Origin: Leucoraja erinacea
Taxonomy: Eukaryota
NCBI RefSeq assembly: GCF_028641065.1
Contig: NC_073387.1
Span: forward strand, 21,638,001 to 21,702,000
Direction: 5' to 3'
Length of the DNA stretch: 64,000 bases
Positions 25,709 to 36,612 of this stretch are shown piece after piece (within the stretch, counting starts at the first letter, position 1; each line of letters begins with the position of its first letter). Below the pieces are notes generated by a model that worked only from the letters and a program-made list of their open reading frames with translations, did not search any database and had not been told where the DNA came from. Made by a program: the position numbers and the translations under genes.

Positions 25709-27187
25709 CTGAGAATGTGGATAAGCTAAATTCCAGTTAAAATGTTAAAATAACAACATTTTTTTTTGCGAGATCGGACAAATAGTTTGAAAGGCAATTA
25801 ACCGGAAGCATTGAAATACTGGTATTCGAATTACACCAGCATTTATCTAAGGGAGAAGTAAAAAAAAAAACGAATTCTGCCGTATAGATATGTGTGGGTA
25901 TATGATTAAAGTTAATTGTCCATTGGAACGTAGAAGTTAAATCCTCAATTCGATTTTTACAAGAAACATGTTGAAAATGTCGTGAAATATCCAAACAAAC
26001 CAAGAAAATTTTTCCATATAATTATTGTGAAATATATAGCATTTATTAAACAATGATCACAATCGCCCATATTCATATCAACGTTGTTCTTCACATTTGA
26101 TGAAGCTGAACTTATATTTTCTGTACCTTGGAGACCCATTAAATTTTACTGATTTTTTCGACGCTTTGTTTCTTATTGGGTTTGTCGAAACATGTTCATG
26201 CAGCTGGCAGTCAATGTGTAAGCAAACGTTTTTGAGGTGTGGAACGCACGAGATAAATAAAGGGTCATGGGTAGGTTCGTATTTATGAATATGCTCTCCA
26301 TTCTGAAAGAGATCATTTTTGTAAAGATGTTATATATTTTTTAATCTGTTGCCATTGGTAATGCAGGAGGAATTCGATAATCCAGAATCTCGCTCACTTC
26401 TAGATTTTTCAACATGCCATATAATTGGGTATTTAACTGAATATAGTAAAACTAAACGTTTAACTAAAATACGAGCAAATTGTACAACTTTGAAGTAGGT
26501 TGCATTATTGTACATGCTGCAACTGTCCTTCAAGTAAATGTTTAATGTAATCCCACATTTTGAGTCGAAAACCAGGACGAATCAAACAGTTGTGTATTAT
26601 AATTTAACGAGTTGAGAATAGTAATAGGATAATACATTAGATTGGACAGAAATCACCAAGGCACAGTGGTGATTTCTGAAAATCTCAAATAACACGTGGA
26701 AGTATTTGACGTTTTATTTTCCGAGAAAGAGATATGATATTGCAATACAACTTGAGCTCTAATTCGACATGGATGGGGTACTTCGCAATTATTCAGACAG
26801 CTAAGTAGAAAATGGGAGCAATCAACAAATTGATTAAATGCACAAGTAGTAAGATGATGGCGAGGGTAGTGTTGGGTTTAAGTGAAGGATACAGGCAAGC
26901 AGAGGCACTTGAATCGGTATAGCAGAACCACGACCAAGAGCCATTGGCAGAAAATAATGGCACAAGACGAAGTGCTGGTGATAAAGCAAATCTGTAATCA
27001 ATATGAAAAGAATGGAAATCATTGTAAAAATCATCAGGTCATTCATTCTTTTTGAGCATTAAAACTCTCATATTTCCAGATCGATTATTTTTTCAGCGCT
27101 GAGATTTTACATCAATTTTTTATGTAAAGTTACTCAGCTCTGAATTAAAATTGGCTGTAAAGATTTGAATCCGGAAACAGTGAATCA

Positions 27188-27285
27188 GTTTGAAGAAGAG
27201 TCTCGATCCGAAACGTCACCCATTCCTTCTCTCCAGATATACTGCCTGGCCTGCTAAATTACTCCAGCACTCTGTGTCTATCTGT
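27188..27285 (+). mobile_element. Penelope-derived short repeat (copy A)
   Basis: TGAAGAAGAGTCTCGATCCGAAACGTCACCCATTCCTTCTCTCCAGA...TTACTCCAGCAC; paralogues at 36518 and 45222. Confidence 0.6.
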
Positions 27286-28235
27286 AGCTAAAACAATAGT
27301 GCACGAATGATGGTTATGATCATCGGCCTTTCAATAATGGGAGAGATCAACATTCGTGTCGAAGCACAGACTAATGCTTTTGCCGCCCATTCAGTCTCCT
27401 TGATTGTTTCATCACGTGGATATCCATCATGACTGAAAGCATCCTCCGTGGTCGCAGTAATTTGTTGAATTGGCTGAAAGGAAGAAACATTGCTGCCTCC
27501 AAAATATTCCAGGTATAACGCTGAATGTCTGTGCTTTTGAACAAGTCACACCTCCAGTTTAACATTTGTTGCTTCACACTCGAGCAAGCAGTATAATATT
27601 CGACGAGCATCTCCAACTTTCGAGGGCATTTTACCCTTTTCATTTCTATCTTAAGAGGAATTTACGCTCTGTGATATCAACGTGCCATTGTATGCAATTG
27701 ATGAAGAAAAAACATATTGACAGTCAATTTTCTGAGTACAGGGCTGAAGGATCGTGTTGCAGAACTAAATCTATTGAATCTAGTCGAACATGACCAGAAA
27801 ATCGTATTCATTGAGAACTGAAATATTGTCGCGGTGCGTTGTATTTTAAACAATGGCGTGCTGAAATATTTTGCTCAATGCCACTCCAGCGGTTAGTGTT
27901 CAATCATGGTTAACAGCCTAATTCAGCACTAACTTCATAATAAATTTCAGGCCGATTCTGACTTTACATTAAGTTAACGTCACTCAATTTTAGACTGAGT
28001 TACTACAATGGTCCAAAAGTTGTTGCGAGGTTTATAGTTTCAGAATTGCCCTTGACTCCGTGATTGAATTTGGTCAAGAATGACTGAAAGACATATCAGC
28101 AAAATGCATGGTCGAATAGAACCAGAGGGAAGCTTTCCATTGACATTAAGTATGGAATGTTGGACCTGTTCGACCACATTCGCTTTATTCCAGGTATTTG
28201 TTGCTCGACATTCCCAGTTAATGCCCTATGTAGTT

Positions 28236-28440
28236 AAACATAAAATGCTGGAGTAACTCTGCGGGACAGGCAGCATTTCTGAACAGAAGCAATTGGTTAC
28301 GTTTAAGGTCGAGACGCTTCTTCAGACTTCAGTCCAGCCCAAACTTCAGTCTCGACCAGAAAAGGCACCCATTCCTTCTCTCCAGAGATGCTGCTTGGCC
28401 CGTTGAGTTACTGCAGCATTTTGCGTCTATATTCAGTTTA
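28236..28440. mobile_element. Inverted (hairpin) pair of Penelope-derived repeats, copy A
   Basis: ATGCTGGAGTAACTCTGCGGGACAGGCAGCAT ... ATGCTGCTTGGCCCGTTGAGTTACTGCAGCAT; left arm deleted in copy B. Confidence 0.65.
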
Positions 28441-29111
28441 AGCACGTATCTGCAGTTCCTTCATCCACAATGCCATATGCAGTTAAGTTTAACTCTCTCC
28501 CCGTTACGCTTTCCTTCAGATTTGACGCTATTGGCTTACACTTGCGCACTGCACGACCCCATTCACTACACAATAGAATATCTAACTTGATTAAGATTGG
28601 TCACACTCAGCGGCAATAGACTTTTTTTACACACAGAATTAACAGTGACACTGCCTAATAGGCGGCTAATAAATATTTCAGACTGCATACGTCTAACCAT
28701 CGGCCACTGAGCACATATTTAATATTATTGTCATGGTCGTTGACTATTCTCAATTAGAATACTGATGCACCTGCCACATACATTGTCGACCACATTGTTG
28801 ACCCCACCTACAATATATAAATTCGAATCCTTCAGCACGATAGCCGCTACTGCCATCAATGACAACTTTTTCAATTAATACAATTTAAAGATTATCACAA
28901 AATTATAAGATACGATTTTCATTTACCTAAGCTAACAGAAAGAAAGTAATTTGTGAAAAACACATATAATTAATCATAAAGAACATAAACTGCCCTCGCA
29001 TCACAGGTCAGCAACAACATCCAACAACATTTAAATAGACAATGCAAAACAGAGTAGGTGAATGTAAAGTTTATTTGCGCACCAGAGTTCAAAGATTGTG
29101 CTTGCTCAGAG

Positions 29112-29268
29112 NNNNNNNNNNNNNNNNNNNNNNNNNNNNNNNNNNNNNNNNNNNNNNNNNNNNNNNNNNNNNNNNNNNNNNNNNNNNNNNNNNNNNNNNN
29201 NNNNNNNNNNNNNNNNNNNNNNNNNNNNNNNNNNNNNNNNNNNNNNNNNNNNNNNNNNNNNNNNNNNN
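29112..29268. other. N gap (paralogous gaps at 37953-38127 and 47140-47314)
   Basis: 157, 175 and 175 N at the same position of each triplication unit. Confidence 0.99.
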
Positions 29269-29284
29269 CTTAATTAATATTTAA

Positions 29285-29530
29285 CATAGAAACATAGAAC
29301 ATAGAAACATAGAAATTAGGTGCAGGAGTAGGCCATTCGGCCCTTCGAGCCTGCACCGCCATTCAATATGATCATGGCTGATCATCCAACTCAGTATCCC
29401 GTACCTGCCTTCTCTCCATACCCCCTGATCCCCTTAGCCACAAGGGCCACATCTAACTCCCTCTTAAATATAGCCAATGAACTGGCCTCGTCTACCCTCT
29501 GTGGCAGAGAGTTCCAGAGATTCACCACTC
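29285..29530 (-). mobile_element. Young CR1-type LINE 3' insertion private to copy A, with TSD
   Basis: (ACATAGAA)n tail, RVVNLWNSLPQR ORF end; flanked by 7-bp direct repeat TATTTAA (29278-29284, 29531-29537); empty site in copies B and C. Confidence 0.9.
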
Positions 29531-30834
29531 TATTTAATATTGATGATGTTGAAGATCTTTCATCAGAATAGTGCAGGTTTGATAAGATTGTCAGTGAATG
29601 GTTACATACACTTGTGTAACTCACTGTTCAATCTTGCGAATCATAAAATGCCTAGTGAAAAGATGATAAAGTATTCTTCAAATTACTTTAGATTTTCTTT
29701 TCCAGGGTGTAAGGGACCAACGAAAGAGTGGTCAGAATGTGGCTGATATTAAAATTAAAGTGGCAAGCAAATGGCAGCATAGCAGAATAATCTACAATAT
29801 CTACAAAGCCGATTCTGAATTTAATGTGTTTCTCCATTGTGGAATGGATCCTATTGCGCACGCAGCATGAAGATTGCTATATTGGAAGGAGTGAGTGTAA
29901 GTTGCCCTATTAGCTGAAATGACCATTTGTACCTGTTGATATTGGCATGTGTAGAATGCATGCGGTCATAGGTGATAGGAGCATAATTAGGCCATTCGGT
30001 CCATCAATTATACTCCGCCATTCAATCATGGCTGATCTATCTCTCCTCCTTAACCCCATTCTCTTGCCTTCTCCCCATAACCCCATGACACCCGTACTAA
30101 TAAAGAGTTAGACTGGAAGACGTTACATCTCCAACGATCGCAAATGAATGTGCCATTCAAAGAGTGATGCGTGCTAAGGGAGATGTATTGTGACGTAAGC
30201 AATTACCGACTGAGTAATTTCTTGGTGAGCCTGTGTAGACGTGTCTGGTTGTAACGTCATGCGCAATGAGACAGAGGTAATGGAGAATAATCCATTGACT
30301 GTAGAGGATGTTGCGACAAACAGGAGACAATGGCAAAATTATTATCAGAGCAGATAAGATGGAGTAAGAGATACTTGGAACACGGAATGGTGTTCTTGTC
30401 GGAAGAAATATGGGAGGAGATGTGGACAAGATCGTGTGAGCATGCATAGGACAGCAACGGACATTATGGTTGTCCACTGGAATCATTGCTGAGACCATCA
30501 GCCGGAATCAAGGTAGATTGTGTCAGAACATGGTAGTCAGCTCAACGCCCCATTTGCTATTCATGTCAATTCTCGCGGGAACAGCTGAAGAGATGCAAGT
30601 ACGTTTTGGGTAATTATGGTGATAAGGACAAATCAACGTCGATGGTGAATAACGCTTCTGGTTTATAGTCCTTCGAATCAATCATGCCAGATCAACAATG
30701 GAATAACTCCACATGTGTGTGTTAATGCAATCCCACCATTATTTCAAAAGCATGATAATATGAAGGAAACCGAATTTAATTAACATCTAACATATTAACT
30801 TAAATTACCACTTTCTTAACCAAGAAGAAATGTG

Positions 30835-31217
30835 CAGAGAATTGTGTTGTGTTCCATGTTGGGAACATAGGCAGGACCTACACGGTGAATGGTAGGACTC
30901 TGGGTAGTGTTGCAGAGCAGAGGGATCTAGGAATGCAGATGCATGATTCCTTGAAGGTGAAGTCGCAAGTAGATCGCGTCGTCAAAACGGGTTTTCGCAG
31001 ATCGGCCTTCATCAGCCAGAGTATTGAGTATAGAAGTTGGGAGGTAATTTTGCAATTGTATACGACGTTGGCGAGGCCGCATTCAGAGTATTATCGTCAG
31101 TTCTGGACACCGTGTTATGAGAAAGATGTTGTCAAGCTGGAAAGGGTGCAGAAAAGATTTACGAGGATGTTCCCATGAATAGAGGGTCTGAGCTATAGGC
31201 AGAGGTTGAGTAGGCTG
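30835..31217 (+). mobile_element. CR1-type LINE fragment truncated at the A/B junction
   Basis: EQRDLGMQMHDSLKV...KLERVQKRFTRM; ends abruptly at GTAGGCTG. Confidence 0.85.
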
Positions 31218-32628
31218 ATTTTCTGTCATAACATTTGCCTTAAATATGTTTAAAAATGAATGGTACAAGTTTCAAGAAGTGTAATGTTCCATAATACTTC
31301 AAACACAATTATTGATTGTGCACAGTACTAGTCAACCCGCATAATCCAAAATCACAATAAGAATATACTGAAAAGTCTATCAAGATCCCTTATGATGTTT
31401 GAATAAAAATCAACATTTCCCCTTATCTCCACTCCATTTCCCAATAACCGCTTTAGATCTCTGTCCCGCTGTTTGGTCCGTCTGATGGAGTATATGGACT
31501 TTTTTTCATATCACTACGACCCTCATAATATTCGTCACTCAATTCATCTTCGCTTCCGTTACAATGTAATCGTTTCCAGTTTCTCCAAATGTTCCAGTCC
31601 TAGAAAAGACATATGTTCTCTGCAATCTGTTAACCAAAGCTATACGCTATGCACGAACTCTGGCTTATCGGGTACTTGGCAAACTTTCATGTTGCTCAGT
31701 TGCAATTACATCCAAGCTCTACCAGCTCGATTACAACACTGACAATTACACGACATATCATAAAACGGGCATACTGAGATAGTTTTCCAAAATTATCGTG
31801 AACATGCTGTGAAGATAAGATGAAATTACGCTTTCTGTCCAAACCCTATAAGGGATCTGAAAATCTGCGTCGAAAAGAATGGACAAGAAGGAAACTCTCA
31901 TCACCTTTAAAACCTAGTGGGATATGTACTTGAGGCGCCACTGCTCGCAAGGCTGCGGACCTCGTGCTGGAAGGAAGAATAGGCTTGGGTGTCATATTTT
32001 GTGAACACTGCCTCCTTCAGGCAAATAGCTTCCATCGGTATCCTACATGTACTACCTTTCTCTGTTTGCTGGACCACGCGAAAGGCAACGCCTAAAGTCA
32101 CTTTAATTGCTTCAACCATAAAGGGTTCATTTTCCTTGGCGCAATACAATACAATACAAGAAATAAGACAACCATTGCGCAAATACATTGTGCTATGGTT
32201 TAAAAATGTATAGGCAATTGGTGGACACATTACATGTTTCCCCGTTATTTCTGATATGACAAAATGCAAATTTTGGGGCTTTCCTCAGTCCCATGATTCT
32301 CATCAATTATTGTATTATGCACCAGCTACCGCTCCAGCATCAATTTTGCAAATATCGGCTTCTAACAAATGCATAAACAAGATGGAAATAAAAATCCAGT
32401 GGCATCATCTCCCAACGATTCATCCTCATTCTGCTCATGAATGTCATGAAACTTTAACATAAATTGTGGAGTAATTTTAATCAAAAAATCCGATTAAAAT
32501 GGCAAATTATTAACACACGAAACAAATACACGGGGAATTGGACCTGCATGAATTAAAGTTGGTACATCCAATTTCATTGAGCTTTTTATTATACCAGTGA
32601 CCAGTTATACGTGCTCTACAACACTCAC

Positions 32629-35082
32629 CACGTTCGACGAACTGCTCCTTGTCTTTGTACTGTCCGTTGGCGCATATTTAGCGTACTTTTCAATGGTCCC
32701 GTGAATCTGTGGACTGAATGGGGTGAAATATATATCCCGTGGTTCGGGCGCCGATCGAATTTTATAACGGTATGTTTCTGAAAGGGATCCATTTCCATGA
32801 ACCTCAAGTAGACTGGGAAGGAAGTGAGAATCCGGCACGATTTGCAAGTTCACATTCGAATGGCTATATTCCAACTCTCTTCTGCAGCAGCTATCTGCTA
32901 AAGTGCAGGCATTCCCAGATGCAGAATGGCTGCCCATTGGGCAAATGACTACAACAAGTACAATTATAACCACCAAAAGAACAAACGAGGTTGCTCCTAG
33001 TGTAATTATTATATATAATGATAGGTTCTGCGTGTCTTCTAGGTCGTTACGCGCTTCATTGAAGTCCAGCAAACCCTCCGTGTGTTCCTCAACTATTGTC
33101 AAAGTAAAGGTGGTGGTAGCGGAGAGAGCGGGATAACCGTTATCTTTCACCTGGATAATCAGCCTTTGTGTGGTGGCGTCGCTATCTTTAATGCGCCGAG
33201 CAGTTCTTACCTCTCCTGAGTTATATGAAACTATAAAGAGACCCGGGTCACTGGATTGCATGAGTTGATAAGACAGTTGTGCATTCTTACCGGAATCTGC
33301 GTCGGAAGCAAGGACCTTTGTTACCATATATCCCGGGTCTGCAGAACGAGGCACAGGCAGACTGCTGTTGCTTTTTATTGCATTTGCTGTTATCATGGGT
33401 GGATTATCGTTCTGATCCAAGACAATCACTTTCACAACAACGTCACTGGAAAGTGATGTTAATCCGGCATCTTGAGCCCGAACGTGAAACTGAAAACCTT
33501 TAAGTCGTTCATAATCGAAAGGAGTTTTCGAGTAGATGCTGCCATTATTTGAGTTGATAAAGAGGTAGAAAGACACAGGCACTGACTGTATCTGGTTCTC
33601 CAAAATAGAGTAAGAAAGCTGTGAATTTCGGTCGCTATCAAGATCCAAAGCTGTTACTGATCCAATGTAGCTGCCGGGTTCATTATTTTCCGCCACATAG
33701 GCCGTGTAGGAAGGCTGCGTAAAGCGCGGCGCGTTATCATTAATATCTGAGATATTTAACACAATCGTCCGGCTGGTAGATAAAAGTGGGATACCACGGT
33801 CTTTGCAAGTTACTGTAATCTTATGATGAGGGGCGCTTTCTCGATCGAGTGCTGCATTTGTAACTAGTCTGTAGGAATTTGTGAAGGAAGATTTAAGATT
33901 AAAGAGTAGATTGGGTGAGATAGAACAGTCGATGAGTCCATTTTGATTGGAATCCCTGTCTGTCACACTGATCAATGCGATCAACGTTCCACTTGGATCA
34001 TTTTCACTGACTGTACCGGAAACAGAATTCAAAGTTATATCAGGAGCGTTGTCATTCACATCTGTGATATCCACCCGCACATTGCAGAGTGTGGATAACG
34101 ATTGCACACTTTTGTCCTTAGCTTGTACATAAATCTGATAAATATTGGTTTCTTCAAAATCCATAATTCCTTTGGTACGTATCTCCCCGGATTTGTGGTT
34201 AATCGTAAACATTTCAGTTATCCTTTGTTCATTGTAACTGCTGAAAGAATAAACGATTTCGCCATTTGTGCCCTCGTCCAGGTCAGTCGCGTTAAGTTTA
34301 ATCACCAAGGAATTTCGTGATACGTTCTCCTTCAGGCTAACAGTATACGCCGATTGCTCGAAAACCGGTGTATTATCATTAATGTCCAAAACAACAATAG
34401 TTACATGAGCCGTACCTGACCTCCCTGGAGTACCGCCATCAAGAGCGGTCAGTAATAAACTGTACACTGGTTGTTTTTCTCGGTCGAGAATATTCTGCAG
34501 CACCAGTTCTGGTAACTTCAATTTCCCAAAATTCTGCACATCCAACGTAAAATGATCATTAGCAGCGATCTGGTAGTTACGAACAGAATTATTTCTCCCG
34601 TCCATATCGTACGCGCCCTCTAGCAGAAAACGCGATCCTGGCATCCTGCTTTCTGAAATTTCCAAACGAATTTCGCTTTTCGGAAAAATTGGAGAATTGT
34701 CGTTTATATCCAATATCTCAACTTCCACACGGTACTGCTCCACAGGGTTTTCAACCACCGCTTCCACGAGCAATACACAGTTATCACTCTGACCACACAG
34801 CTGTTCCCTGTCGATTCTTGCATTTACAAATAAAATTCCATTCATATTATTTACATCAAGGTATTGTTTTGATGCGGCAGACTTAATTCTGAATTTACGG
34901 TTTGATAGCTCCTCTATGCTCAAACCCAAATCTTTTCCGACTGCTCCGACGAAGGCACCTTGTTCCAGTTCTTCTGGAATGGAGTAGCGAATCTGCCCGG
35001 AAACCAGATTCCACACACAAAGCAGAAAGATGGATGATATCACCGACTTTCCATGCACGCGGAAAATGCTCCTTTGTGCCAT
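32629..35082 (-). CDS. Pcdh: Clustered protocadherin variable exon 4 (triplication copy B)
   Basis: ORF 32605..35280; likely start ATG 35082 (MAQRSIF...). Donor GTG|GTGAGT at 32629/32628; 818 codons; near-identical to exon 3. Confidence 0.93.
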
Positions 35083-35302
35083 TATTTCTGTGGGGTAGAT
35101 CACAAATACCTTAGCAATGTTTCTTCTTGAAAGCATCCCGGACCACATCCGAACCAATTCCTTCAATGTGTTGAATAAATTGAAGTGTGATCGGTTGAAT
35201 AGATGGTCCGCTGCGCTCGTACACACGCCGCCATTATTCAGCTTCCTTTCTCGTATATTGGGGGATGGGCGGTGGATCACTAGGTGGTTTTCACCTCCTT
35301 AT

Positions 35303-35342
35303 TGGTAGACAGCGACACAAAGAGTCTCAGCCTATAATTGCA
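35303..35342 (-). promoter_or_regulatory. CSE of exon 4 promoter
   Basis: Identical motif to the exon 3 CSE, 221 bp upstream of ATG 35082. Confidence 0.9.
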
Positions 35343-36517
35343 CTGAGAATGTGGATAAGCTAAATTCCAGTTAACATATTAAAACACAACGTTTGTTTTT
35401 TTGCGAGATCGGCCAAATAGTTTGAAAGGCAATTAACCGAAATTATTGAAACACTAAGGAAGAATCTTAAGTTTAATAAAACAACGAATTCTGCCGTATA
35501 GATATGTGTGGGCGAGTGAATACAGTTATTTGTCCATTGGAATGTGGAAGTTAAATCCTCTAGGCGATTTTTACAAGAAACAAGTTGAAAATGTCGTGAG
35601 ATTTCCAAAGAAACCAAGAAAATATTTCCATATAATTACTGGGAAATATATAGCATTTTTTAAACAATTATCACAATCGCCCATATTCATATCAACGTAA
35701 TTCTTCCCAATTGATGAGGTTGAACTTATATTTTCTTTATCTTTGAGACCCATTCAATTTTACTGAAATTTTCGACGCTTTGTTTCTTATTGGGTTTGTC
35801 GAAACATGTTCATGCAGCTGGCAGTCAATGTGTAAACAAACTTTTTTTGAGATATGCAACGCTTAAGATAAATAAAGGGTTATGGGTAGGTTCGCATTTA
35901 TGAAAATGCTCTCCATTCTGAAAGAGATCATTTTTGTAAAGTTGTTATCTAATGTTTTATTTGTTGCCATTGGTAATGCAGAAGGAATTCGATAATCCAG
36001 AATCTCGCTCATTTCTAGATTTTTCAACATGCCATATTATTTGGTATTTAACTGAATATAGTAAAACTTAAACTATAGTAAAACTAAAAGCTCTAATTAG
36101 ACATGGATGGGGTACTTCGCAATTATTCAGACAGCTAAGTAGAAAATGGCAGCAAATCAACAAATTGATTAAATGCACAAGCAGTAAGATGATGGCGAGG
36201 GTAGTGTCGGGTTTAAGTGAAGGGTACATGCAAGCAAGCACACTTGAATGGGTATATCAGAACCACGACCAAGAGCCATTGGCAGAAATTAATGGCATAA
36301 GACGCTGGTGATAAAGCAAATCTGTAATCAATATCAAAAGAATGGAAATCATTGTAAAAATCACCAGGTCATTCATTCTTTTTGAGCATTAAAACTCTCA
36401 TATTTCGAGAACGATAATTTTTACAGCGCTGAGATATCGCATCGTTTTTTTATGTGAAGTTGCTCAGCTCTGCATTAAAATTGGCAGCAAAGATTTGAAT
36501 CCGGAAACAGTGAATCA

Positions 36518-36612
36518 ATCTGAAGAAGGGTCTCGACCCGAAACGTCACCCATTTCTTCTCTCCAGAGATACTGCCTGTCCCGCTTAATTACTCCAGCGC
36601 TCTGTGTCTATC
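36518..36612 (+). mobile_element. Penelope-derived short repeat (copy B) with intact hammerhead-like core
   Basis: CTGAAGAAGGGTCTCGACCCGAAACGTC at 36520-36547. Confidence 0.65.

Larger units (their letters stand above)
21606..31215. repeat. Tandem segmental triplication, copy A (contains exon 3)
   Basis: Begins TGATTTTCTATCATAACATTTGCCTTAAATATG; colinear with 31216-39812 and 39813-49177 across coding and non-coding DNA. Confidence 0.92.
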
